64,000 nt of DNA, taken from the IMG/VR virus record IMGVR_UViG_3300036770_004723, positions 62,001-126,000 of that record. One strand, given 5' to 3'. Both the position numbers and the translations under genes were made by a program. This document shows positions 38,638-47,914 of this stretch, piece after piece. The first letter of the stretch is position 1, and each line of letters opens with the position of its first letter. Below the pieces are notes generated by a model. It had not been told where the DNA came from. It worked only from the letters and a program-made list of their open reading frames with translations, and searched no databases.

Positions 38638-39159
38638 TTAAACTTGCTGTTCCTTCCATAAGGATTTACACTCCAGTAAATGCTGGTCGGCCAATACAGG
38701 AAAGTGATTCTGCAAACGACGCACAGCGTTTTTATTGTAAGTCAAAAACACGAAACAATTATCAAACTCGGTTGCCCAAATAGTATTCCGTAAATCGTTA
38801 GTATCACGGTCATGGATAGATTTTAAGTCGTGGCAGCTATCTAAATCCATAAGGGAAATGCTTAGTTTTCTCTGTAGATCAAGAAAACTTAGATTATGAT
38901 CTACAGGCTTTACAATCAAAGCTCGCATATTCCAAGTGGACATAGATTCCTGTTTTATTTCAAAAACCTCTATGAATTGAGGTAAAGAATAGCTAGCTAC
39001 TTCATGAGATTTACTTATTACAGAATAAATATTTTTGTTTAAAAATTCCAAATCCGTAACAGAATTTGCTACAACCACGTCACGGAAACTAACTGGATTT
39101 TCAGGCCAACTTTTTAGGCGTGAAAATCGGTTGATGAATATTAAGGGTACTACTTTCAT
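38638..39159 (-). CDS. Hypothetical protein
   Basis: Coupled ORF. Confidence 0.6.
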   Translation of the reverse strand: MKVVPLIFINRFSRLKSWPENPVSFRDVVVANSVTDLEFLNKNIYSVISKSHEVASYSLPQFIEVFEIKQESMSTWNMRALIVKPVDHNLSFLDLQRKLSISLMDLDSCHDLKSIHDRDTNDLRNTIWATEFDNCFVFLTYNKNAVRRLQNHFPVLADQHLLECKSLWKEQQV

Positions 39160-39668
39160 TTTTTCACCTGTAGAAAAACACTGCTTTTACCTGTGTAATA
39201 ATAAAAAAGAACTAGATCTGTATAAGTGAGATTTTTTACTGCAAGATCATACCATTCATTGCTGTCGAGATACGATCTTTTACGTTCTTCGAAAATATTA
39301 TATGGAATTATGTATTTTGTCTTTCCGTAACCTTGCACAAAATTGTAATGAAGTAAACTATTAACAAAATCGTTAGATAATGTTCTAACTTCAGGCTTTT
39401 CAATTTCAAAAACTGTAGCAGGATCCGCAAGAGAAAAGGCGCTGTCCACGACATGATAGAAATTTACTTCAGCGTTTCTTATTCTTGTCAACATTGATCT
39501 AGATAAAAAGTCTTCACTTACATCAATCAAGTTTAAGTTGTTAGCATTAAGTGCCAAACTTTTTAGTAATCGCTTTTTATCTCGGCTTTTAAAATAAGCA
39601 AGCAGTGGAATAGATCGGCTAATTAACTCAAGTACAAAAAACAAAGGTATACCAAAAATTTTATACAT
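39156..39668 (-). CDS. Hypothetical protein
   Basis: AGGAG SD, hydrophobic N-terminus. Confidence 0.65.
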   Translation of the reverse strand: MYKIFGIPLFFVLELISRSIPLLAYFKSRDKKRLLKSLALNANNLNLIDVSEDFLSRSMLTRIRNAEVNFYHVVDSAFSLADPATVFEIEKPEVRTLSNDFVNSLLHYNFVQGYGKTKYIIPYNIFEERKRSYLDSNEWYDLAVKNLTYTDLVLFYYYTGKSSVFLQVKK

Positions 39669-39680
39669 CGTTATAATCTC

Positions 39681-39854
39681 CTAAAAATAGGGCGGACGCG
39701 GCCGCCAGAAAATAAAATAAATTAAGTAGATAACACAAATCAACATTAAAAGAGGGGACATATAAGAATATTCTATTTTATACGTAAACAAACAGCCGAA
39801 AAATAATAATACTGCTAGTAGTGCTAACACACGTAAAAAATATTCAAATACCAT
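39681..39854 (-). CDS. 57-aa two-helix membrane protein (absent from the ORF track)
   Basis: MVFEYFLRVLALLAVLLFFGCLF...LLMLICVIYLIYFIFWRPRPPYF; fills the gap after uvsE. Confidence 0.6.
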   Translation of the reverse strand: MVFEYFLRVLALLAVLLFFGCLFTYKIEYSYMSPLLMLICVIYLIYFIFWRPRPPYF

Positions 39855-39855
39855 T

Positions 39856-40863
39856 CTACAATCCTTTTAAATATTGATCCACTAATTGGTCTCGGGCGAG
39901 ATTTTTTAATTTGGCCTCGCACATGATATCAAAATCAGGTAAAAAACTTAAGGCCCAGCGATTAGAGTGTTCATTAGGATAATCATCACTATGCTGCCGC
40001 AACAAACTGTCGTTGACGTCCAAGGTAAAATAGTTTGGTTTTTTATCACCAGAATGTTTTATCAAAGCTTCGGGTTTAGAGTAAGAGTAATGTATAACCG
40101 GCCGCACACCTCTCCAACTGTCAATTACTTTTTTGGCTTTAGAGCTTTTAGGATTTATGTAACCGCCCGTATTTACCCAGTTATGGTGGATGTCTAAAAC
40201 TATAGGTACAATATCAGAAACCTGTAGTACGTAATCCAAACCTGCTTGAAATTCATCGTTTTCAATTGTAAGTATGTTTTTAGCTACATCACTTAATTTT
40301 GAAAAGGATTTTCTAAATACATTAATGCCGCCTTTGCCACTTAAATGCACATTACATTTAAAATCTTGAAACTCCTTACCTAAGCCCATACAACTTACAA
40401 GATACGCATGGTACTCTATTTCACGTATAGAGTTTTCTACTATTTGCGGATTCTCGCTGGATAGAACACAAAATTGATCTGGATGAAAACTCAAACGAAC
40501 GCCGTGTGTTTTTACCAAACGCCCTATGTTAGGCAAAGAGGTTTCGACTAGATTCTTTACATCTGTACGTTCATAAAATTTGCCGTATTTTGGGTGAGTA
40601 TACATAGGTAAAAAGTCTGAAGATAACCTGACCATTCTTTTTATAGGTTCTTTGTCGGTTGCAACTTTTAATACCAATTTATGGATAGCCAACAAATTAT
40701 GTTTTACAATCTGCCACAATTTGTCTTCGTAGTCTTTGTTTTGATCACAAAACTTGACAGTGGTGGTTGTACATCTAAAAGGTGCTTCTAGTTCTTTTAT
40801 TTCTTTATCTGTTTTACCTGAACGTTCAGATGTTAACCACTGACAAGCAAAGCCAATTTTCAT
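39856..40863 (-). CDS. uvsE: UV damage endonuclease
   Basis: KIGFAC, RLSSD, RLSFHPDQF, TIENDE, LDIHH, HYS, HSD, DIMCEAK. Confidence 0.95.
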   Translation of the reverse strand: MKIGFACQWLTSERSGKTDKEIKELEAPFRCTTTTVKFCDQNKDYEDKLWQIVKHNLLAIHKLVLKVATDKEPIKRMVRLSSDFLPMYTHPKYGKFYERTDVKNLVETSLPNIGRLVKTHGVRLSFHPDQFCVLSSENPQIVENSIREIEYHAYLVSCMGLGKEFQDFKCNVHLSGKGGINVFRKSFSKLSDVAKNILTIENDEFQAGLDYVLQVSDIVPIVLDIHHNWVNTGGYINPKSSKAKKVIDSWRGVRPVIHYSYSKPEALIKHSGDKKPNYFTLDVNDSLLRQHSDDYPNEHSNRWALSFLPDFDIMCEAKLKNLARDQLVDQYLKGL

Positions 40864-40871
40864 ATTTACTC

Positions 40872-41270
40872 CTAAGTAACCATAATCTTATTATGTTTGA
40901 GGCTGATAACTAAAATAATCCAGCCTTTTTTCCAGCAAAACAAATCAATTGGATATAGTGACTTATTTACAGTATAGCGATCTTTAATAGGTTGACTTAG
41001 GTTAAGACACAGTTTAAAAGACTTTAGTAGATAAGTATAATAAAATAAAACAGATTCTTCATCTTTTACGAAAAATGCAGTTGGATTGTAACCGCATTCA
41101 AGCCTAATTACATAACTGGCCTTGTTTGTATAGTAGGTTGTAAGTGTCGGACAGAATTTTTCCGGTATATTTGGAAATATTACTTTGTCCTTATATCCGT
41201 TAGATAATTGAGTGCTTTTAATCAAACAACCAAAATCCTTCAACTTTTTAAGAAGGGTAAGTCTATCCAT
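40872..41270 (-). CDS. Hypothetical protein
   Basis: GAGG SD. Confidence 0.6.
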   Translation of the reverse strand: MDRLTLLKKLKDFGCLIKSTQLSNGYKDKVIFPNIPEKFCPTLTTYYTNKASYVIRLECGYNPTAFFVKDEESVLFYYTYLLKSFKLCLNLSQPIKDRYTVNKSLYPIDLFCWKKGWIILVISLKHNKIMVT

Positions 41271-41311
41271 ATCAGCCTCAAAATAAATTGGGGAGCCATG
41301 CTCCCCAAAAG

Positions 41312-42664
41312 TTAAATGTACATAGCTACTTCAACAATTTGTTTTCTAAGTAAATTGTTGTCGCACAGAACACTCATTAAATTCCACATGTCTCCGCTGT
41401 CATGTGTTTTAATTTTTAAATGCAATAACTGGTCACGTACAACCCTAAGGAAAGCATGAAATAAATCTCTGCCTTCTAAATTTTTGATTGCACAAATTTT
41501 ATATCCTTCAATTTCAGGACGTTTTACCACAAGCCCCGCAGCTGAAATTTCAGTACTTAAGGACATGAAGTGTTCAACTTTACCTTCATGGATTCCAGCA
41601 AAAAGATTTAAATACACAGATTCACCATTTAAATTTAATGTGAATCTTAGTAGATGCAGTCCGTCACGAGTTTTAACAGGAATAAGAGAAATTAAACTGT
41701 TGCTTCCTAGTAAATTCGTCTTAAACAGTTTGCTAACTAATTCGGCGGTTTGTTCTGTCAGGCTTGACGTCAATTCAAAATCTGAAAGTTCATGACTGGT
41801 GCAATAATTGTCATATAAAATACCATGAACTTCTCTAGACAATTCTGACGCCGATTTAGATTTTTCCTTATCATTTAAATGATCATCATGTAGATCGATA
41901 GAAAGAGAAAGAAGTTGTTCCATCTTAGGATGATCTTCACCTAAAAGATCTACAGCTAAGGCGATAAGACCGTCGGCGCTAAGATCTTTGAAATTTTCAT
42001 CATCAAGATAATTGAGTGAACGATCAAACTTCAGACTGCCTTGAATATGCTTCAGTTTAGGGTTAGCAGGATTAGATTTTCTGCTATACTTTCTTTTTAC
42101 CGAAAGCTTTTTAGCTGCAATTTTAGGCTTAGCTACTTTAGGTTCGATTGTCGCCAGCGCCTTAGTGTCTTCAGAAGTTTGATCAGTGCTTGAAACGTTT
42201 TCCTCCAAAACTACTTCAAATTTCGCCAAAACTATTTCAAACATAAATTCAATCTTTGTATACGGATGATCAGGATTATAATCCTTGTGATCTTTTCCTA
42301 CAGGTAAAATGCCTTTTAGTTTTTGGTTAAGATTATACACACGCTGTCTTAGTAGTTTTCGTTCATACTTGATGTGCATATAAAATTGATTCAAGAACTT
42401 TAAAGTTTCAGTTTTGGACTGAATAATCAGCAATCCGGCGGCGTCGGCATTTTTGTCTGTGATAAAATAAATAATCTCGTTACAAACACTGATTATACTA
42501 CTGACTAATGTGTCAGACTTTTGTTCAGGCAAAGCTTTCTTGTCAACAAATGTTTTTAATTCGTCCCGAAATAATTGGCTTGCCCTAAAGTTTGTGTAAT
42601 AATCGTTTGACAAGAAAGCACATAAAGCGTAAAAGTTCAGATCGAATTTCTTAGTATTTTTCAT
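41312..42664 (-). CDS. Hypothetical protein
   Basis: 450-aa ORF. Confidence 0.75.
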   Translation of the reverse strand: MKNTKKFDLNFYALCAFLSNDYYTNFRASQLFRDELKTFVDKKALPEQKSDTLVSSIISVCNEIIYFITDKNADAAGLLIIQSKTETLKFLNQFYMHIKYERKLLRQRVYNLNQKLKGILPVGKDHKDYNPDHPYTKIEFMFEIVLAKFEVVLEENVSSTDQTSEDTKALATIEPKVAKPKIAAKKLSVKRKYSRKSNPANPKLKHIQGSLKFDRSLNYLDDENFKDLSADGLIALAVDLLGEDHPKMEQLLSLSIDLHDDHLNDKEKSKSASELSREVHGILYDNYCTSHELSDFELTSSLTEQTAELVSKLFKTNLLGSNSLISLIPVKTRDGLHLLRFTLNLNGESVYLNLFAGIHEGKVEHFMSLSTEISAAGLVVKRPEIEGYKICAIKNLEGRDLFHAFLRVVRDQLLHLKIKTHDSGDMWNLMSVLCDNNLLRKQIVEVAMYI

Positions 42665-42701
42665 GATGTTTTTCCTTAGATTCTCATTGATGGTAAATGT
42701 T

Positions 42702-43100
42702 TTAGATCATTGTGCGTAAAGCATGTTTTATAATAAGTGCATCTACGCTGTTTTCACAAATATTGTAATAAAGGCAAAGGCGCAAACATAAATAAGAAAT
42801 ATCTGCTTCTTTAGTTTCGTGCCGAATTTTTAAAGTTTTTGATTTAGTGCCTAGCTTTAGTTTAAAGCTGTTGTTTACGATTACCACGTTACGTAATCGG
42901 CCGTTAGGTTTGAATACTTTATTCAAAGAATAAGAATCCAAACTTTTTTGTTCCAACAGCTTTTCTTCTGCTCCTCGGATTCTATTTTTTAAGATTGAGG
43001 TGAATCCTTTAGCTAAATCACCTAAATAAACACAATAGGACTCAGACTTAGCGTATAGACGCACAGGAAAGTCTGAAGTTTCAATCAAGGTTATTTCCAT
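42702..43100 (-). CDS. Hypothetical protein
   Basis: ORF in operon context. Confidence 0.6.
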   Translation of the reverse strand: MEITLIETSDFPVRLYAKSESYCVYLGDLAKGFTSILKNRIRGAEEKLLEQKSLDSYSLNKVFKPNGRLRNVVIVNNSFKLKLGTKSKTLKIRHETKEADISYLCLRLCLYYNICENSVDALIIKHALRTMI

Positions 43101-43104
43101 GAGA

Positions 43105-43338
43105 TTAATCTCTTTTTAATAAACTTTTTCGTCCTAGCTTAAAATTTTTGGCAGCATACCAAAAGCCGGAAATAAAAAGACAAATTGAAGACAAGGCGAA
43201 AACAAAAACCAACGCACCATAAATAAAATACGAGGCCATTTTAGTATTATAGGTATCAAATAACATAATACTAAGTACTGTCAATGCCGTGGAAATAAAA
43301 GCGCCTAATAGACGTCTTTGCCAGCGATAAGTGTACAA
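43105..43338 (-). CDS. Small two-TM membrane protein
   Basis: Two hydrophobic segments, AGGAG SD. Confidence 0.65.
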   Translation of the reverse strand: MYTYRWQRRLLGAFISTALTVLSIMLFDTYNTKMASYFIYGALVFVFALSSICLFISGFWYAAKNFKLGRKSLLKRD

Positions 43339-43373
43339 ACTTTTTCTCCTATATTTGTTTAACTTATGGACTT

Positions 43374-43431
43374 ATTATACCAAAAATCAATAACTAGGTA
43401 AATCACTATTTTTGACACAGCTCGATCAGTT
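43374..43431 (-). promoter_or_regulatory. Sigma70 promoter with upstream box
   Basis: AACTGATCGAGCTGTGTC-N11-TTTACC-N17-TATAAT. Confidence 0.85.
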
Positions 43432-43824
43432 AGAAGAATCTATTTCTTTAATGTCTTCTAACTCTTCTCTTACGATCTCAGCAATGCGTTTATCAAGACG
43501 AGAACGTTTTTTCTTTTTCTCTGCCTTAAGTTTGTTGCGCATTAAACGATTATGAATGATCATACCGCTAACGTAACCAAGACCTATACCTAATCCACTA
43601 AAGCACCCCATAATTAGTGCTTTATCCAGTCCAGAATCTGAAACGGATTTAGCGATCAACGCAAATACAATAGCGTCACATAGTCCCATAAACAAGCCAG
43701 TTAACCCTGCTGCAAATTTCAGGTCAGCATTTACGTTTTTGTTTTGAGTACTACGTAAAAAAGCACTTAACCAACCAACTAGAAGAATGGACACATAAGG
43801 CAAATAGATAGCAAACTTTTCCAT
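43426..43824 (-). CDS. Three-TM membrane protein with basic tail
   Basis: Three hydrophobic segments. Confidence 0.7.
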   Translation of the reverse strand: MEKFAIYLPYVSILLVGWLSAFLRSTQNKNVNADLKFAAGLTGLFMGLCDAIVFALIAKSVSDSGLDKALIMGCFSGLGIGLGYVSGMIIHNRLMRNKLKAEKKKKRSRLDKRIAEIVREELEDIKEIDSSN

Positions 43825-43825
43825 A

Positions 43826-44116
43826 CTAACCTCTTTTTAACTCATAGACTATTAATATAGGGAGTGGATCTTCTGGATCGTAAGAACCGTAAACTCTAAT
43901 GTACTTACGTCCTTGTTTTTCCACGTATTCGTAATCGTGAATTAAATCAAGTAAAAAGATTGTATCGTGATGAAACATCAATCCTTTATACTTAAAAAAC
44001 TTTTCACGATCTAATAGAAGACAAACTTTTTCAGGTTTCTGTTTTACCTCAATAAGTGTTTTGTGTGGATCCGTCTTTAGATCGTAGCAATAGACTTTAC
44101 CGGACTTAGCTTCCAT
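43826..44116 (-). CDS. Hypothetical protein
   Basis: Coupled ORF. Confidence 0.6.
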   Translation of the reverse strand: MEAKSGKVYCYDLKTDPHKTLIEVKQKPEKVCLLLDREKFFKYKGLMFHHDTIFLLDLIHDYEYVEKQGRKYIRVYGSYDPEDPLPILIVYELKRG

Positions 44117-44288
44117 GTGAAATTCTCTTTTTCACAGGATCTAATTTCTTCAGTTCTTCGATTATATCCTGTAACATTGCCAACTTTTTAGCCCTAGTAG
44201 GTGAAGGCTTAACGCTTATCCGTCGCATTTCAGACTCTAAATAATTAATTTGGTCTGTGCGGGTGAAACACTCAACTTTATCTAACAT
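44106..44288 (-). CDS. Hypothetical protein
   Basis: Coupled ORF. Confidence 0.55.
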   Translation of the reverse strand: MLDKVECFTRTDQINYLESEMRRISVKPSPTRAKKLAMLQDIIEELKKLDPVKKRISHGS

Positions 44289-44746
44289 TGGTAATATACC
44301 CCTGAATAATCATCAACCATATTATATTCGACACCGTTACCATCTTCAGCTTTCTGCTCTGCCCATAGTTGATCCCAAGAAATAGATGCAACAGCTTTAT
44401 AATTAAAGATAGAAATCAAATAGTGTAAATCCACTAAAAATTCCTTTGAATCACTTATTCTGTTTTTACCTAAAACATAAAGTGTATGAGTAAACAAAGA
44501 ACTACGTGCTGGATTAGTGACCCCCAATCCCAATAAAGCATAAAGTAAGGCTTCAGTAGTTAGACGTATATTCAAACTTTTTGTTCTGGCTTGAATTATC
44601 TTTATCATAAAGTTTACAGTAGAATCTTCTTTCAGTGAGTTAAAAAATTCTTCTACTTTTGAAGCATCAGCCGTAGAAATACTAAGAACAAAATTTAATG
44701 TTTGAGTATCTAGATCAACCAAAAGACACTGATCTAATGTTTTCAT
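44282..44746 (-). CDS. Hypothetical protein
   Basis: AAGGA SD. Confidence 0.65.
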   Translation of the reverse strand: MKTLDQCLLVDLDTQTLNFVLSISTADASKVEEFFNSLKEDSTVNFMIKIIQARTKSLNIRLTTEALLYALLGLGVTNPARSSLFTHTLYVLGKNRISDSKEFLVDLHYLISIFNYKAVASISWDQLWAEQKAEDGNGVEYNMVDDYSGVYYQC

Positions 44747-44755
44747 TGTTTTTCC

Positions 44756-44953
44756 TTAAATTTTAAGAACATTTTTAAGTTTGAGATCTCTGACCTCTAG
44801 AATTTTGTCGTATCTTAATTTTTTGGTTTCACCTGTAGTAACGCACATACAGTTAAAAGTATATTTATCTACTGCGCCAACTACTGCAACACGATTCTGA
44901 TCTTTGATCCACCAGACATCTACTATATCAAAAGGTTTAACTTCCGTTTTCAT
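44756..44953 (-). CDS. Hypothetical small protein
   Basis: AAGGA SD. Confidence 0.6.
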   Translation of the reverse strand: MKTEVKPFDIVDVWWIKDQNRVAVVGAVDKYTFNCMCVTTGETKKLRYDKILEVRDLKLKNVLKI

Positions 44954-44991
44954 AAAGATCCTTACATGAGTTAAGTTAAAAAAGTTCTAAC

Positions 44992-45330
44992 TTAACTCAG
45001 CTGAATTAGTTTAGTTTCTGCGCAAGTTGTTCGACTGTTGGTAATACGTGCTTCACATACTAAAGCGTAAAGATCGTTATCTGCGTCAGCATCAATATCA
45101 GATAAATGTTCGACAAGAATATCAATAGGAATTTTAGGTTCTCGTATATCCATATCAACAATCTTTTCGATCAAAGCAATTTCAATTGCTTCAGATTTAT
45201 GTGAATCTTCATTTAGCACATACGCATGTAAAGGACTTGCAGTGTAATAAAGGAAAACAAAAGTTTCTTTACGTCCAGCGACAGTAACGCGCATCATAGC
45301 TTTAAGCTCTGTATTCAATTTAATTCTCAC
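44992..45330 (-). CDS. Hypothetical protein
   Basis: Downstream of boxed promoter. Confidence 0.6.
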   Translation of the reverse strand: MRIKLNTELKAMMRVTVAGRKETFVFLYYTASPLHAYVLNEDSHKSEAIEIALIEKIVDMDIREPKIPIDILVEHLSDIDADADNDLYALVCEARITNSRTTCAETKLIQLS

Positions 45331-45376
45331 TTATATTAGCAGATTTGAATAGGTTCTGCCTTTAACCTATTAACAC

Positions 45377-45434
45377 ATTATATCAAAAATCTGTAGGTCA
45401 GTAAATCACTGTTTTTGACACAGCTCGATCAGTT
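45377..45434 (-). promoter_or_regulatory. Sigma70 promoter with upstream box
   Basis: AACTGATCGAGCTGTGTC-N11-TTTACT-N17-TATAAT. Confidence 0.85.
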
Positions 45435-45474
45435 GACTAATTTAAGTAAGGTCAAACAGAAAGAGGTATGTTAC

Positions 45475-45705
45475 ATGAGTGAAGTAGGTAATAAAATTTT
45501 ATCCGTCATTGAAGGAAGCTCTAACTTAGCGGAACTGGAAAATGTTTTAAGTAATAACAGTAAAGACCAGTATAGCGATGATCGTGCTGTCCGAGGAATT
45601 TATCGTTTAGGTACTTTGCTTATGCAATCACCAGATAAAGTAAAAGACTATCAATTTACTAATAGATTAAATGAATTAATCAAAGAAGTAGATACGGAAC
45701 AATAA
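45475..45705 (+). CDS. Hypothetical protein (76 aa)
   Basis: GAGGT SD before ATG 45475; bidirectional terminator follows. Confidence 0.7.
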   Translation: MSEVGNKILSVIEGSSNLAELENVLSNNSKDQYSDDRAVRGIYRLGTLLMQSPDKVKDYQFTNRLNELIKEVDTEQ

Positions 45706-45707
45706 AC

Positions 45708-45739
45708 TAGAAAAGGCCGCAAAATTGCGGCCTTTTCTA
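45708..45739. terminator. Bidirectional terminator
   Basis: TAGAAAAGGCCGC-AAAATT-GCGGCCTTTTCTA between convergent genes. Confidence 0.85.
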
Positions 45740-46369
45740 TTAAATGACGTAACCTAAGGTCATAATACTATTAAAAATACTTTCAGAAGTTTCGGAGATC
45801 GTTTGCCCAGCAATATCAACAGTAACATGGTTTTTAGGCATAAGAGTGTGATCAAAACTACCGTTAATTATTCTTTCGTATGCCAAAGAGACTTGTTTTT
45901 TCTTAGTAGAATATTCTTCTTCTATCCTATCATCGAAGACTTCTAGATCTTTTCCACGACTGTTTGACATATAAAATAAAATGTCAGGACGCATACTACG
46001 CAAATCACACATATCAATACAGTTAGCAAAGTGTTTTTCTTCTACGCCTTTACCACCACATTGGTAAGCATAAGTTGAATAAAACCATCTATCACAAACA
46101 ACTATAGCTTCAGTTTTCAATAATTCACGTATTTGCGTTGAAAGTTGCTTACGAGAAGCAAACATCAAAAGCAATTCAGTAACAGGACTTACTGATTCTT
46201 CATAATTGTCTTTAACAGTATCTCGAATTTTTTCCGCCATAGGTGTACCACCGGGTTCACGAAAAATAAAGATTCTCTTATTTGGATACTTGGCCGAAAG
46301 ATTCTTAATTAATTGAAAAGATTGCACAGATTTACCGCAATTATCAAGACCTTCGAAAACAATGAACAT
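45740..46369 (-). CDS. tmk: Thymidylate kinase
   Basis: FIVFEGLDNCGKS, REPGGT, ELLLMFASR, CDRW..STYAYQ; start at ATG 46369 with GAGG SD. Confidence 0.95.
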   Translation of the reverse strand: MFIVFEGLDNCGKSVQSFQLIKNLSAKYPNKRIFIFREPGGTPMAEKIRDTVKDNYEESVSPVTELLLMFASRKQLSTQIRELLKTEAIVVCDRWFYSTYAYQCGGKGVEEKHFANCIDMCDLRSMRPDILFYMSNSRGKDLEVFDDRIEEEYSTKKKQVSLAYERIINGSFDHTLMPKNHVTVDIAGQTISETSESIFNSIMTLGYVI

Positions 46370-46380
46370 AATTACCTCGC

Positions 46381-46408
46381 AAAAAAGGCGGCTCAAGTGG
46401 CCGCCTTT
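46381..46408 (-). terminator. Terminator closing the tRNA/ncRNA transcript
   Basis: AAAGGCGGC-CACTTGA-GCCGCCTTTTTT. Confidence 0.75.
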
Positions 46409-46416
46409 ACGTTTAA

Positions 46417-47668
46417 CTAACTTGGATCTGAGTATCTGGCAGTTTTGTAATATGCACCAGAAACTTTTCTAACGTGGCCGAACCTTTTCTGATAGCCAGA
46501 TACTCAGATCAAAATTAGCTAGAGGCTGTTGTCTTATTTTCCATGCAACACAAACTTCGTTACTTTATAAGGCAACAGCTTTTTCTATTGGTTTATTTTA
46601 TAGACTAATGTTTAGCACATTAAAATAATCGCGATCATCAATTCAGTTAATGCTATTCGAGGCTAAACATTCAATAGATCTTTACCTCAGTGAGTTTTTA
46701 TAATGCGCAGGCTTGTGCGCAATTTGTACGGCCTTTTCCAGTTTACTATCATATAGTGATTGATAGTAAAAAAGTGGCCGGAGTTTTAATTGCCTACTAC
46801 ACATCAAAGACGTATATGATCGATAGTATTTAATGTGTACCAAAATTTTTAAAAGAAAAACAAATATCAAGTGCATAATAAACTTACTCTGTTGAGGTGA
46901 CTGTATAATGTGATAGGTACACGATCTTGGTAGTTACATAAAAATACCGAACGCAATAATTGAAAATGGCGTAACAATTAAAGGTTTAAGATTAGTATCA
47001 GCAATTTGCAGGTCGTACAAATTGAGAATTCGTGTCACATTTTCTTTGACTAGAGCTTTAATGGAGAAAAACCCTATTCAAGGTTTTAACAATGAACGGT
47101 CGAGAGGACGCAATCTGACACCCCAGTTTAATCAGATAAAACAATTCATTGTTTAATAAACTAATACAGTCGAAATCTTTAAGGGATGGCTTACCTTGCA
47201 AGCTGGAACCCCTTCCATTTTAAGGTAAGCCATTTAAAAAAATGTTTTGATCACACTGCTAGACAATCGCAGGCTGGCGACCCACGCAAGAGATCCTACT
47301 GCCTTTAGTCTTCGGCGATCATTGGAATCCTTATCTGTCAAAGCGAACAAATTTAAAATTCTACGCAAAATGTTTTCTTGCCATACAGCAGAGAATACAA
47401 AATGGTGAACCCGAAATTTTTCGTAGATAATACACGCTAGATAAGATGACTAGTCTTACCAACACAAGCACAGTAAGTAATATAAGATGCCATGTTGCTG
47501 CCGTGTTAGAGTCTAGCAGTGTGATCAAAACATTTTCATTAAATTGATTTTAAAGTAAACACTAATGGCTTAGTACGTGTCAGCAATGCGTTTGAACTGC
47601 CCGATGTCACCTAAAAGACTTCAACGCACCTACATCTTTTATTTTAGAAGTGCTTACATTAAAATTAA
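46417..47668 (-). ncRNA. Array of eight abutting stem-closed structured RNA domains
   Basis: Closing inverted repeats at 46417-46518, 46525-46579, 46584-46678, 46684-46898, 46899-47171, 47186-47233, 47239-47536, 47544-47668; no credible ORF. Confidence 0.65.
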
Positions 47669-47682
47669 CTTTTATAATAAAT

Positions 47683-47759
47683 TGGAGCGTGATATGGGAA
47701 TCGAACCCATGATGACGGAGTGGAAGTCCGACGGTTTACCTAGCTAACTCTAATCACGC
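47683..47759 (-). tRNA. tRNA-Gly(TCC)
   Basis: GCGTGAT/ATCACGC-T-CCA, loop CTTCCAC, GGTTCGATTCC; weak D-stem. Confidence 0.85.
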
Positions 47760-47770
47760 GCGTTATTAGA

Positions 47771-47899
47771 TTAGGTAACTGCAAAGTAAATTAAAGCTTA
47801 GTTTCGCACTTACAAATGTTGGCGATTTACCTCTAATCTATTCTTTACACAAAGCGTAAAGCCCGAAATTTAATTCTGCTACGATACACAATTACCTAA
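47771..47899 (-). ncRNA. Structured RNA between the two tRNAs
   Basis: TTAGGTAATTG/CAGTTACCTAA closing stem, internal CTTTACGC/GTGTAAAG; G-U pairs on the minus strand. Confidence 0.55.
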
Positions 47900-47914
47900 A
47901 AAACTTTTATAAAA

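Noticed and set aside
46682-46876. 64-aa ORF inside the RNA array
   Set aside because: No SD, atypical composition, coincides with a stem-closed domain.
46417-47668. CRISPR array, tmRNA, RNase P or complete retron
   Set aside because: No direct repeats, no tmRNA acceptor pairing or RNase P signature recognised, and no reverse transcriptase in the window.
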